Source: Octopus vulgaris (lineage: Eukaryota). From it: a stretch of DNA of 64,000 nt. Under the pieces are notes generated by a model. It had not been told where the DNA came from and made no database searches. It saw nothing but the letters and a program-made list of their open reading frames with translations. Shown in pieces: positions 51,800-64,000 of this stretch (positions are counted from its first letter, which is position 1; every line of letters starts with the position of its first letter). The stretch is from contig OX597824.1 in assembly GCA_951406725.2 (NCBI GenBank), positions 19,778,001 through 19,842,000 of the forward strand, given 5' to 3'. Made by a program: the position numbers and the translations under genes.

Positions 51800-51945
51800 G
51801 TATGTACTATCACACACTATTTCAATGAAGGTGTGTTCCAGGGTCCAGTCTCCTAACCCTTATTTTTCCTCCTGTAACTTAACATCCTACTCGCAATCAC
51901 CTCCACTTATACCTGCTGTTACAAGGTGATGTCACTCTACAGTCC
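51800..51945 (+). pseudogene. Decayed non-LTR reverse transcriptase fragment (CR1/L2/Jockey-like)
   Basis: From 51824 reads NEGVFQGPVS*PLFFLL*LNILLAITSTYTCCY, then after a frameshift DVTL, aligning to GVPQGSVLSP.LFLL.INDL...YADD.TL. Confidence 0.55.
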
Positions 51946-52140
51946 TTCCTCTTTCGCACCTAAGAGCCATTCCTGTACAGCCTAGACACCTCATGCATTA
52001 AATGTGCACCCATGTTATATTGTCTGTCAGGGCACTATTATCGTCAAAAGGACATTATCAATGTATACATCGAAAGAACATTATTGTACCTGGGTTGTCT
52101 TAAAAAATAAAAAGCAGTAACAGCGTATAACTCATCTTAA

Positions 52141-52363
52141 CCCTTTCGTTACCGTATTTATTTTGAGATGCTCTGTGTTTCTTTCAATTAATTTTAAATA
52201 TAACAAAGAATTTAGTAAAATAACTTCGTTAACATTCAGCTAGTGTTAGGAACATAAATTGTGACTAAGGTTTGGTGGAATATTTTAATTCAATACTTTA
52301 TGAAAACAAGACATTTGTACTACAGAACCAGAGGCGGTTTTGGCCGGGTTGGTATCAAAAGGG
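52141..52363 (+). mobile_element. piggyBac-type MITE, family A, intact
   Basis: TTAA|CCCTTTCGTTACC ... GGTATCAAAAGGG|TTAA, followed by a ~20-bp remnant of another left end. Confidence 0.9.
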
Positions 52364-52714
52364 TTAAACCTTTCGTTACTGTATTTCGTTACTTGTGGAA
52401 CCTGAGAAGACTTTGGACTGGCAGGGCATGGCCTTTCCCTCAGTCCAAACCATTACCAAAATGGAACCAAACCATTACCAAAAATGGAAAAAGAAAATTA
52501 AGCATTTTCTCAGCTCGTTGAGATAATTTCAGTCTTGATTTATGCTGTTGATACTTTGAGAACAGCATGAACATCACACAATCATTACCCTTTCTATGAA
52601 CTTGTGCCTCTCTGATTAAGGACCAGAGTGCCAGTATCCCCCCCCACCCAGGGACCCCCTGTAAATGTTTGCTCTATGTATATTATATGTATATTACTTT
52701 TTTGTTTGTTTGTT

Positions 52715-52927
52715 TTACTCTTTTAGTTTGTTTCTGTCATTTGACTGCAGCCATGCTGGAGCACTGCCTTTAGTCGAACAAATCGACACCAGGACTTATT
52801 CTTTGTAAACCTAGAACTTATTCTATCAGTCTCTTTTGCTGAACCGCTAAGTTATGGGAGACGTAAATACACCAACATCGGTTGTCAAGTAATGTTGGCT
52901 GACACACACACATATATTTTTAATATA

Positions 52928-52977
<50 letters not shown>

Positions 52978-53151
52978 CACATACAGACACAACAGGCTTC
53001 TTTCAGTTTCTGTCTACCAAATCCACTCACAAGGCTTTGGTCAGCCCTAGGGCTATAGTAGAAGACACTTGGCCAAGGTGCCACGTGGTGGGACTGAACC
53101 CTGAACCATGTGTTTGGTAAACAAGCTACTTACCACACAGAAACTCCTACA

Positions 53152-53154
<3 letters not shown>
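52715..53154 (-). mobile_element. SINE family 1, full length, with expanded internal (TA)n
   Basis: Minus-strand head AGGTGTAGGAGTTTCTGTGTGGTAAGTAGCTTG...GGGTTCAGTCCCACC and complete tail. Confidence 0.85.
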
Positions 53155-53193
<39 letters not shown>

Positions 53194-53808
53194 TAGGTAT
53201 GTATGGTGATGCAAATAGAAAAAGTAAATCTCGGAACATGAGTACCTATGTATTTTTTAATTAATATTTAGCAAAAAAAAAAAAAAAAAAAAACAGTGAC
53301 TCACTGGTCTAGAGTTTCGTGTGATACCACTTATATAGGTGTGTGTGTGTGTGTGTGTGTCTGCGTGTGCGCACACCTTGCGTATATTCAGGACATAGGA
53401 ATCTGTGAACACAAAGATTATCTCTTGCAGATTTTATATTTCTGGGCATGTGTCTTTGTGTACGAGTCTCTGCAGGTACTTGTGTGCCTGTATGTGCGTG
53501 TGCGTGTGTGTGTGTGTGTGTGTCCATGTATTTGCGAGTGTGTGTAATTCATACACGTCGTGTGTGTGTGTGTGTGTGTGTGTGTGATGTTAAGTTATGA
53601 AATAGAGAAGGTTGGCTCCATCTCAGTTCTTCTTCCTCTTCTTCTTCCCCTTCTTCTTCCCCTTCTTCTCCCCTTCTACTTCTTCTTCCTCCTCCACTTC
53701 TTCTTCCTCCTCCTCCCCCCATTCCCCATGCTGTCTTATATTCCTGTTGCTACTGCTGAAGTAACTGGTTTATTTTCCTACTGCTGACATCTTTTGCTCA
53801 CCACAGTA

Positions 53809-53843
<35 letters not shown>

Positions 53844-53915
53844 ATTTGCGCTTCAATCATAATTCCATTTTCCTATTGTCTCTCTATCTCACCAACCCCC
53901 CCACACACTGCATTT

Positions 53916-53951
<36 letters not shown>

Positions 53952-54554
53952 CTGCCTCCACCCTTCGTTTCTCTGTTTTCATTACATTGTCCAAGACTGT
54001 AGTAGAAGAAGAGGAGGAAAGAAAGAAAGAAAGTGAGTGAGAGAGAAGAATGAATTCAAAGGAGTTTAAACATGAAGATAGAACACAAGACATTTCTTCA
54101 TAAGAAGTATATCTCAGCATTTTTGTTTATTAGAATCCATTCCACAGTTATTCTAAAACCATGTCACTTTGGTTAAAAAGCAGCTCCTACCATGACCCTC
54201 CCCCCCCCTGCCTCATTTCTCTCTCTCTCTCTCTCTCTCTCACTCACTTCCTCTGCATCCTTATACAGTATCTCTTGGTTTTCTCTCTTTCTATCTTTCT
54301 CTTCTTTTCTGTTTGTCCCTAGCAGACGGGGGGGGGGGCTCTCTGCCCCCCCCCCCCTTCAGTCTCTACTTTGCTGTAACATCTCCCTCCCCGCTCTTTC
54401 CTCTGGCTTCCACCCCACCCCACCCCGTTCCCTGTTCTTCCCTGAGTATGCTTCTTTGGTTGTAACTTCTCACCCACCAACCTCTCTCTCTCTCTCTACT
54501 AACTACCCTGGGTTGGATTAGGGACTAACCTCTCCCCCATGTGGCTTTAGTTTA

Positions 54555-54990
54555 GCTTCTCTTTCTCTTCTACCCCCACTCTCTCTCTTTATCTGTCTCT
54601 CTCTTTCTCTATCTCTCTCTTTCTCTATCTGTCTCTGTCTCTCTCTCCCTCACTCTATCTGTCTCGCTCTTTTTCTCTATCTATCTATCTCTCTCTCTCT
54701 CTTTCTCTATATGTCTCTCTCTTTCTCTATCTCTCTTTCTCTTTCTCTATCTGTCTCTCTCTCTTTCTCTATATATCTCTCTCTCTTTCTCTATCTGTCT
54801 CTGTCTCTCTTTCTCTATATGTCTCTCCCTCTCTTTCTCTATCTGTCTCTCTCTCTTTCTCTATATATATCTCTCTCTTTCTCTATCTCTCTTTCTCTAT
54901 CTGTCTCTCTCTCTTTCTCTATCTGTCTCTCTCTCTCTCTTTCTATCTATCTCTCTCTCTCTTTCTCTATGTCTTTCTCTATCTATCTAG
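54555..54990. repeat. Polypyrimidine minisatellite built from CTCTTTCTCTAT-(CT)n units
   Basis: Directly visible recurrent TTTCTCTAT core. Confidence 0.9.
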
Positions 54991-55157
54991 ATTGTCCTGT
55001 CCCATACACAGTCTTTCATATCTCTTTCTTTGTCCATAGCAGTGTGTCCTCTTTAGGCTCACACACACACACACACACACACTCTCTCTCTCTCTCTCTC
55101 TCGCACTCTCTCTTTATCATTCCTTCCTGCTTTCCTTTCTTGCTCAATAGTTGGCTG

Positions 55158-55196
<39 letters not shown>

Positions 55197-55704
55197 GGTG
55201 AGTGGGAGGTGTGTGCGGAGCTGTTTTTTTTTTTTTTTAGTTTTTTTTTTTTTGTGCTGATGTGTGGGCAAAAGTTATTTGTGTCAGTACTGTTGAATTG
55301 TGACCTAGAATGCCATGGTCCTGCTCAACTGCAGCACTAACCCCCACCACCACCACCACCAGCTACATCACCGCCGCCACCACCACCATCATCACCACCA
55401 CTGCTACCACTAAGACTATCACCACACCATCACACTACCAAGGGAAAGACTGCTGCTTCTACCATTACAGCCAACATCATCATCATCACCAACAAACACA
55501 GCCATCAACAGATGTGGAAAAACCTACACTAGAGTCTGCAGAATGCTCAGCTAGCCATTTTTTTTTTCCTTTTTTTTTTTTTGGTTTGGTTTTTTTTTTT
55601 TTTCTCACTTGGGATGGCTGAATATGTGGATATCTTTCTGTATGTACCCTTATGTGTATGTATGTACATAACTATTTATATACATACATACATGTGTGTG
55701 TATT

Positions 55705-55742
<38 letters not shown>

Positions 55743-55916
55743 GGTGGTGCCCCAGCATGGCCACAGCTCGTGAGCTGAATGAAACTAGATAAAATAAAAT
55801 AAAAAATAAAATATGCACACATATATACAGACTATATATAAAAATAAAATAAATTGTCTGTATGTATGTATATATATATTGTGCCTGTATGTATAGATAT
55901 ATATATAGTGTGTGTA

Positions 55917-55956
<40 letters not shown>

Positions 55957-56583
55957 CTGTATATATGTAGGTGTGTGTGTGTGTATATATGTGCATTTAT
56001 TTATATATTTGTGTGTGTGTGTGTGTAATTATACATATATATATATGTATATATATGTATGGGTGTGTGTATTATATGTGGGTGGGTGTGTGTGTATATT
56101 TAGTGTATGTGTGTATTTATACATATATATGTATATGTATATATGTATGGGTGTGTATATATGTGGGTGGGTGTGTTTGTATTTGTATGTATGTATGTAT
56201 AGATGTGTGTATTTATGTATATATATGTGTATATAAATGAGTGGTGGGGTGGTGATTTAATGAGTCCTCCCTTCTCCCCAGCAAACACACACAAGGCTAT
56301 AGAATGCCCCCCCACCTCCGTCAGTCCCTTAATGATGGTCCTTCCTTCTAACTCCTCCTCATCCTCCACCCCTTCTCGCCCACCCCCATTGCCACCCTAG
56401 TATATTGCATTTAACACAGCACACTTTTCACCAGTTATTATTTTACCCTTTTACCAACACAACCCAAAACACCCTGATAACGTACCCCCCTCCCCCCTCT
56501 CTAGTCCCCCCCCCTTCTGTTATTTAGATGGCTTGCTAGATGGGGTGGTGGTGATAGCAATAGACTCTTGAGACACACATATT

Positions 56584-56629
<46 letters not shown>

Positions 56630-56633
<4 letters not shown>

Positions 56634-56865
56634 CTGCCCAGAAGGGGCTAAACATAGAGGGGACAAACAAGGACGGACAAAGGAATTAAGTCAATTACAT
56701 CGACCCCCCTTCCCCAGTGCGAAACTGATACTTAATTTATCGACCCCCAAAAGGATGAAAGGCAAAGTCGACCTCGGCGGAATTTGAACTCGGAATGTAA
56801 CAACAGACGAAATACTGCTACGCATTTCACCCGGCGTGCTAACGTCTCTGCCAGCTCGCCGCCTT
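56630..56865 (-). mobile_element. SINE family 2, full length
   Basis: Reverse complement of 34551-34790; head CTGCCAGCTCGCCGCC; inserted in (TA)n. Confidence 0.88.
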
Positions 56866-57130
56866 ATATATTCATATATATGTATGTATGTGTGTGTGTG
56901 TGTGTATGTACAGCTTACTTTTTTCAGTCATAAGTCTGACCAGACTAGGGCACCACCTCAAAGAATTTTTGTTGAACAAATTGACCCCAGGAGAATTTTT
57001 TTTATATAATGCCTGATACTTATTTTATTAGTGTCTTTTTGTCAAACCTCTAAGTTACCAGGACATAGACACACCTACACGTGTTATCAAGCAGTGGGGG
57101 AGAAGAAACGCTCACACACAGATATACACA

Positions 57131-57163
<33 letters not shown>

Positions 57164-57231
57164 CACAGTACTGACCTGTTTCTGGCGGCAAGATAGCTGG
57201 ACAGTCACAGATATTAATGTATGTTACATAC

Positions 57232-57675
57232 TGTGGAGGTGCAATGGCCCAGTGGTTAGGGCAGCGGACTCGCGGTCGTAGGATCGCGGTTTCGATTTCC
57301 AGACCGGGCGTTGTGAGTGTTTATTGAGCGAAAGCACCAAATAGCTCCACGAGGCTCCGACAGGGGGTGATGATCCCTGCTGTACTCTTTCACCACTCTT
57401 TCTGCTATTTTTGTCGTTTTTGTAAAATCTCAGAAAATAATTAAAAATTCACATTTTTTATCAAATTATTTTGTTATATTTGTCTATCTATCTATCTATC
57501 TATCCAACTGTAAACATTTTAAATATTTCACTAACTTTTTGTTGTAACTTGGTAAAAGGGTACACATTTAGCCAGCGGGGTGGCGTCATTCGAAGGCTAA
57601 AACAATGCGAAGCGCATTGTGACCAGCGATGTGTAACATCTGATGGTCTGGTCGGTCACGTGATCACGTGATGAT
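57232..57675 (+). mobile_element. SINE family 3 interrupted by ~165 bp of AT-rich filler
   Basis: Head and body 57232-57401, tail 57568-57675 (TAGCCAGCGGGGTGGC...GGTCACGTGATCACGTGAT), collinear with the intact copy at 61368-61658. Confidence 0.85.
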
Positions 57676-58060
57676 ACATACTATTGTTGCAAACAATTTT
57701 TTTGCATCTTCTTCGTCTCCCTAAAATTCCAATGAAGCCCCCTTTTTTTTCTTTTCATTTTTTTTATTTCTCTTCTCATAAGATGTGTTTCTAATAGTTG
57801 TACAGAATAAACAAGTAGATCAATAAATAAATATTGATTGGTTTCCATTTGATTGATTGAAGATTACTCTAGGCACATATTCTGAGTTCAAACCACACAT
57901 AGTTTGGTTTGTTTTCCATTCTTTATATAAGACTCCCGTAGAAGTAAAGAAAGAAAACGCATTATCAGTCTTGAAGCTGTTGTTTTAGCCCTTGGTCACT
58001 CCTGTAGGGTAGACCTATGATCAAACACATTATCTTTGTATTGGTGGTATTGTTTATTCT

Positions 58061-58472
58061 GGCGGCGTGCTGGCAGAAACGTTAGCACGCCGGGCGAAAT
58101 GCATAGCCGTATTTCGTCTGCCGCTACGTTCCGAGTTCAAATTCCACCGAGGTCGACTTTGCCGTTCATGCTTTCAGGGGTCAATTAAATAAGTACCAGA
58201 TGAATACTGGGGTCGATATAATCAACTTAATCCCTTTGTCTGTCCTTGTTTGTCCTCTCTGTATTTAGCCCCTTGTGGGTAGTAAAGAAATAGGTATTTC
58301 GTCTACTGCTACGTTCTGAGTTCAAATTCCACCGAGGTCGACTTTGCCGTTCATCCTTTCGGGGTCAGTTAAATAAGTACCAGTTACACACTGGGGTCGA
58401 TATAATCAACTTAATCCGTTTGTCCTTATTTGTCCCTTCTGTGTTTAGCCCCTTGTGGATAGTAAAGAAATA
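58061..58472 (+). mobile_element. SINE family 2: full monomer plus head-less second unit inside one TSD
   Basis: Monomer 58061-58291, second unit 58292-58472; GGTATTGTTTATTCT at 58046-58060 and 58473-58487. Confidence 0.88.
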
Positions 58473-59021
58473 GGTATTGTTTATTCTGGTTTGTTAGTCT
58501 TGTATAACAGCCATGATCAAAGATATTATCAGTATTGTTTGTTAACCCCGGGCAACAAACCCATGATCAAAAGCATTCATAGTGCTATTTAACCCCAGGT
58601 CAGATCTGTACAACAGACCTATGATCAAAGCCTAGCAATGATCACCTCCCACCAGTTTATTTATTTATTCATTTATTTGGTTTTCCGACAGTGTATCCAG
58701 AACTGCCATTAGTTATTTTTAACAAGTCAAGCATAGCTGTCTTGTTGGTTTGTCAGGGATGGAGTGTGTGTGTGTGTGTGCAATAAATACTAGGTCATAA
58801 CCTAATTTGGTCTCTTGTGCTTAAGTTCAAGTCTCCCTGGTGTTAACCTGTGTCTTTATTTCCCCAGATTTTCACATCCTCCTGTTCTCTTTTTTACTGG
58901 ACCAAAATGTCTTATCTGTGTCCCCTAGCTGTGTCCCCTTCCTTTTTGAGTTTAAATATTAATGGAGGTCTTTCATTTTTTTTTTTTTTTTTTTGGTGGG
59001 TTTTTTTCTAGATTCTTTTTT

Positions 59022-59232
59022 ACTCTCTTTTACTTGTTTCAGTCATTTGACTGCGGCCATGTTGGAGCATTGCCTTTTTATTCGAGCAAATTGACCCCAG
59101 GATTTATTCTTTGGAAGCCTAGTACTTATTCTATTGGTTTCTTTTGCCGAACCTCTAAGTTACGGGGACGTAAACACACCACCATCAGTTGTCAAGCGAT
59201 GTTGGGGGGACATACACACACACACATACATG

Positions 59233-59270
<38 letters not shown>

Positions 59271-59342
59271 CGATGGGCTTATTTCAGTTTCCGTCTACCA
59301 AATCCACTCAAGGCTTTGGTCGGCCCGAGGCTATAGTAGAAG
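59022..59342 (-). mobile_element. SINE family 1, 5'-truncated
   Basis: Close match to 52715-53065. Confidence 0.85.
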
Positions 59343-59351
59343 TCCCCATCC

Positions 59352-59545
59352 ATGGCATTTTGTGCAAGTATTTTATTCTCTCGCCTCGGTCCGACCAAAG
59401 CTTTGTTAGCAGATTTGGTAGACAGAAACTGAAAATAAAAACCCATCAAACCCACATATAATACTTGGGTCAATTTGTTGTAAAACCTTTCGAAGCGGTG
59501 CCTCAGCATGACCATTGCCCAATGACTGAAACATAAAAGATATAA
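59352..59545 (+). mobile_element. SINE family 1, diverged, inverted relative to the adjacent copy
   Basis: GCCTCGGTCCGACCAAAGCTTTG...GATTTGGTAGACAGAAACTGAAA...CAGCATGACCA...ATGACTGAAAC. Confidence 0.7.
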
Positions 59546-59972
59546 AAAAAAAAAGGTTTACATTTCCTTATGTTGTGCTATAGTAGCTTTAGTTACCTGG
59601 TGGCCTTCACTGATGCCCTCTAATCAAATAACTGGCCCCCACTCACCCCACCTTTCTCTTCAGTATTATTGTTGTTGTTATTGGTCAGATAATTAGATCT
59701 TTGTCTACCAGTGTTTAAGTATCTGTTAATAGCTGTTATTATTGCCACTGGGTTTTTTTTTAATTGTCCTTCAAGTACTGTTATTAGTCGACTGATCACT
59801 GGCCTCTGTTAAATGTTTGAACAGACATTAGTTTCACCCTCCACTCCCCACCCAGCTCTACATGGCAACTTGAAAAAAAAAAAAAATCTCACCTGTGCTT
59901 TCTCATTGCTCTTGCAGTGTCAATGAAATGCATGTCAGGTGTGTACCTGAGTGGATTCAGTCAACTGTATCT

Positions 59973-60110
59973 TCATCATCATTGTTTTCGTCTGCTTTCC
60001 ATGCTAGCATGGGTTGGACGATTTTGACTGAGGGCTGGCGAACCAGATGGCTGCACCTGGCTCCAATCTTGATCTGGCAGAGTTTCTACACCTGGATGCC
60101 CTTCCTAGCG
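59973..60110 (-). mobile_element. (ATG)n-tailed retroposon fragment
   Basis: CATCATCAT...CTTTCCATGCTAGCATGGGTTGGACG...CTGGATGCCCTTCCTA. Confidence 0.75.
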
Positions 60111-60554
60111 CCATGCCCTTCTTAACACCATCTTCCTTCTAGAAATTTAGAACTTATTGTCGCTGTTTTATGCTCTGATTTGAAATCTTCCATTTTAATT
60201 GGGCCGCTTCAACCAAAACCATTATCTATCTCCGAGTGTTCCTGTCTCCCATGACATATTCGTAACTCGGCATCACAAGAGAGTTGATCAATATACACTT
60301 GTCTGGGTCACCTGACGTGAAGATTCCCGTGTCTCATAATCCACAAAGAAGTGAGAGTGCTCACCCTTTTTTAATTCATCTTTGCTTCTGTAACACTGAC
60401 CAGTATATCTTGTCCTTGACCAGTATATTTTGTCCTTTGCTCTCAGACTAAGACAGTTTGGAATTTAATCAGTCAGCTGTGCTTTCGTCCTTCCGGGTCA
60501 GTAAAATATAGTACCAGTCGAGTACAGACATTTTGGTGGAAGCAGTTTCTTTAA

Positions 60555-61028
60555 CCCTTTCGTTACCAGCCCGGCTGAAACCAGCTCTGGTTCTGAGTAC
60601 AAATGTCTTGTTTTCATAAGTTTTGATTAAAATCTTCCACCAAACCTTAGTCACAATTTACGTTCCTAACACTAGCTTAATGATAACCAAGTTATTTTAC
60701 TAAATTCTTTGTTATATTTAAAATTAATTGAGAGAAACGCAGAGCATTTCAACAGAAATATGGTAACAAAAGAGTTAAAATATATAACAAAGAAACAATT
60801 CTTAACCCTTTTGATACCAACCTGACTGAAATCACCTGTGGCTCTGTAGTACAAATGCCTTGCTTTCATAAGTCTTGAATTAAAATCTTCCACCAAACCT
60901 TAGTCACAATTTATGTTCCTAACACTAGATTAATGATAACTAAGTTATTTTACTAATTTTTTTTGTTATATTTAAAATTAATTGAAAGAAACACAGAGCA
61001 TCTCAAAATAAATACAGTAACGAAAGGG
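60555..61028 (-). mobile_element. Composite dimer of family A piggyBac-type MITEs
   Basis: Units 60555-60774 and 60806-61028, TTAA-bounded, with nearly the same 31-bp spacer as 33651-33681. Confidence 0.88.
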
Positions 61029-61367
61029 TTAAAATTGTCTGGCACTACACACACACACACAGGTGTAGGCTTTGTGCCTGTGTAAAAATCCATTATGACA
61101 AGTTTTCTGTTCACATCAGGAAGAGGAGTAACAGTATAGTTTTCAGCAGTTTGATGTTCTACATATTCTGAGATCAAATCTTACTGACTCCAATATTTGC
61201 TTTCATTTCCTTCATAACCATCTTACATTTTTATGGGAAGGTCACATAAATTCTATACTTCATCAATTCTCCAGAATCCAGTGAAGGAGTGATTGCAACC
61301 AGATCTCCTGAAAATTACATCTTATTTTGATTTAACCAAAAAAAAAAAAAAAGGGGATAGGTGATAT

Positions 61368-61658
61368 CACGTGACTGACCAGACCATCAGATGTTGTTAC
61401 ACATCGCTGGTCACAATGCGTTCGCATTGTTTTAGCCTTCGAATGATGCCACTCCGCTGGCTAAACGAGCAGGCTAACAAGAAGAAAGAGTGGTGAAAGA
61501 GTACAGCAGGGATCACCACCATCCCCTGCCGGAGCCTCGTGGAGCTTTTTTAGGTGTTTTCGCTCAATAAACACTCACAACGCCCGGTCTGGGAATCGAG
61601 ACCGCGATCCTGCGACCGCGAGTCCACTGCCCTAACCACTAGGCCATTGCGCCTCCAC
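61368..61658 (-). mobile_element. SINE family 3, full length with 13-bp TSD
   Basis: GGATAGGTGATAT at 61355-61367 and 61659-61671; tRNA-like head GTGGAGGCGCAATGGCCTAGTGGTTAGGGCAGTGGAC...GGTCTCGATTCCC. Confidence 0.92.
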
Positions 61659-63156
61659 GGATAGGTGATATAGATTCTATAATATAAAAAAAAAAAAAAA
61701 TTACAGGTTTGTCATGCCTGGAAGACCTTTCATCATAGGACTGCTTCATCAGAACTTATCTTGGGCTAAACAGCAGTGGCACGGACCCTTTTGTTACCAT
61801 TATTTGGTTGAAATACACCCTCTTCAATTTATTTTGGAAACAGTGAAGAATGTAACAAAATAACCTTGCTCTTTTTTAAGCTGATGTTTGGAATATGAAT
61901 TAGCATGAAATTTTAAATGGCAATTTTTATTTAGATCACTTCAGAACAAGATGTTTGTACTATATGACGAAGGGTGGTCCTGGGTAGATTGGCATCAAAG
62001 GGGTCAATCTAGCTGATAGGAATAGGTTGTTTTTTTTTGTGTGTGTGGTGGAGAGTTACACTTAATGAGTAGAGGTGTCTTATCCAGGATGAGGTTCATC
62101 TCGTCTTACCCACTTCTAGAATAAAACAGCAATGCCTCGAAGAAACGGGTTGAATGACCTTCATATTTCTCATCAAGGTCATTAGCAGTGTAAACGAAAG
62201 GAATTAGCTTTAAGTGGGAAGGAACATTAGTTAGGCTTCATTTCTAATTAACGAGAAATATTTGTAATTAGATTTTTTTCTTTTTTTTTTTTTAATGGCT
62301 TAAGTGGAAACGAGAAAGTTTGTCTTGGACCTAAAACATATTGGTAACCTAAGAAGTGTTAGCAGCCAGCGTCTACATATATTTTATACGACTTGGTTAC
62401 ATACTTATATATATACAGTTACCCTGCTTTTTACATTCCGTCTGTATGTCTGTAGAAATGTCCCCCCACTCTGGCATCTTACCGAGTTCCATCACACATG
62501 GGCTTTAGCTTCTTGTTTTCGTGTGGATATCAACCGAGGAATGTAATTTTGTCTACTGCAAGCTCTGGTATCAAGTGACCAAACATATCTATATAAGGGT
62601 TTAGTTCAGGTCTGTGACTTCTGACTGATTCCACCCGTTCCTCATACCTTTCGCTCTGTTCCACTCCACTCCACCCCCGTGCCTCCTAGCACCCACCCAC
62701 CCGTCCTCCTCGCGCACCCCTGGCCCCACCCTCACTCATGCCTCTCTCTCTCTCTCTCCCCTACCCACCCCCCTAACTATGCTTGCTCTTGTCTACTACA
62801 CCCCACATCCCTGCCTTGATCTGCTCTGCCCGCAATATACAGAAATACCCTGCCAGTATGTATGTATGTATGTATGTGTGTGTGTATGTATGCCTTTCAT
62901 AATTTCTAACACCTATGAGAAAAGAAGCATGCATACATACGCACGCGCATACATAAAGATATGTGTATGTGTATATATGTGTATATATATATATATATAT
63001 GTATGTATATTATATATATATATATATAAAAGCTAAATAAATAAAATGATGTAAAGAAACAAACAGTATTACTGGCACAGTTCCAAAACATCCTGTAACC
63101 TCCATCCTCTCTCTCTCCTTTTCTTTTTCTATTTTGCTTATTATTATTACTACTAC

Positions 63157-63199
<43 letters not shown>

Positions 63200-63364
63200 T
63201 TAGCAGTAGTCCATTTATAATGATCATTGCATACTACCTCCTTGCTGTCATTTTACTATTTTTATTTCGCTTGTCGTTTCAAGTAGCCAACCATTCCGCT
63301 GTATGCACACGCCTGTGTGTACATATGTATATATATATATATGTGTGTGTGTGTACGTGTACAC

Positions 63365-63398
<34 letters not shown>

Positions 63399-63795
63399 GG
63401 TATTTTATCTTTTTTTATCTATTCATTAGCTGTTGTTAATATGAATCTTGACTTTTCATCAAGCATTTTCACACAGCCACTCAACATACATAGGTTTGCT
63501 CCCTGTGGCACTCAGGGTCTTGTTAGGGTGCTGTGCGGGTATGAATGTCGGTTGGAAAGTATTTTTAGACGACAAGTTATCGCCAGTTACTAAAATATTA
63601 TTAGCATTCTACCATCACCGCCACCACCGCTATCATCATCATCATCATCATCATCTCTACCTTCGCTCCATCCTTGGCATGTATATGATATTTGAAAAAG
63701 AATACTAGAGTTCAATCCTGGTTCTAGTGAAGTCTTTTATATTCTTCCTTTTATTTCTTAATTATCTAATTAAATTTCCATTGATTAATTCTTAA

Positions 63796-64000
63796 CCCTT
63801 CAGTATTCAGATTACTTTGTCAAATGTAATCCATATTTATTCACATTGTTTTGAATTAACCCTTTCGTTACAAACCCGGCTGAAACCGGCTCTGGCTCTT
63901 TAGTACAAATGTCTGGTTTTCATAAGTTCTGAATTAACCCTTTAGTGTTCACATTATTCTGCCAAAATTAATCCTTTTTTATCCACATTGTTTTGAACTA
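63796..64000. mobile_element. Three successive TTAA-bounded MITE ends (B, A, B-like), apparently nested
   Basis: TTAA|CCCTT starts at 63796, 63860 and 63938; each new element begins at an internal GAATTAA site of the previous one. Confidence 0.8.

Noticed and set aside
55310-55621. Thr/His/Gln-rich ORF as a possible exon (also 49928-50275)
   Set aside because: Explained by (CAC)n/(CAT)n/(TTG)n runs, ends in poly-T, and has no supportable splice structure.

Overview
Eukaryotic, very AT-rich, repeat-dense DNA with no recognisable host exon, so probably intronic or intergenic. The mix of (TA)n/(CA)n/(CT)n/(ATT)n microsatellites and recurrent SINE/MITE families resembles an octopus (coleoid cephalopod) genome; this is recognition-based inference, not a database result. 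The long ORFs in the supplied track are microsatellite or minisatellite translations, and the only coding-like signals are decayed LINE relics (RTE, and a CR1/Jockey-like RT). The window holds several tRNA-derived SINE families, an (ATG)n-tailed retroposon family, TTAA-specific piggyBac-type MITEs (single, composite-dimer and triple-nested), hAT and Tigger-type MITEs, Helitron/Helentron-like elements and several minisatellites. The most notable signal is a set of unrelated hammerhead-ribozyme-like motifs: one with a complete catalytic core at 3877-3967 (-), a near-complete one at 30086-30144 (-), and degenerate ones inside long palindromes that look like Penelope-like element termini. Coordinates were counted by hand; element edges may be off by a few bases.
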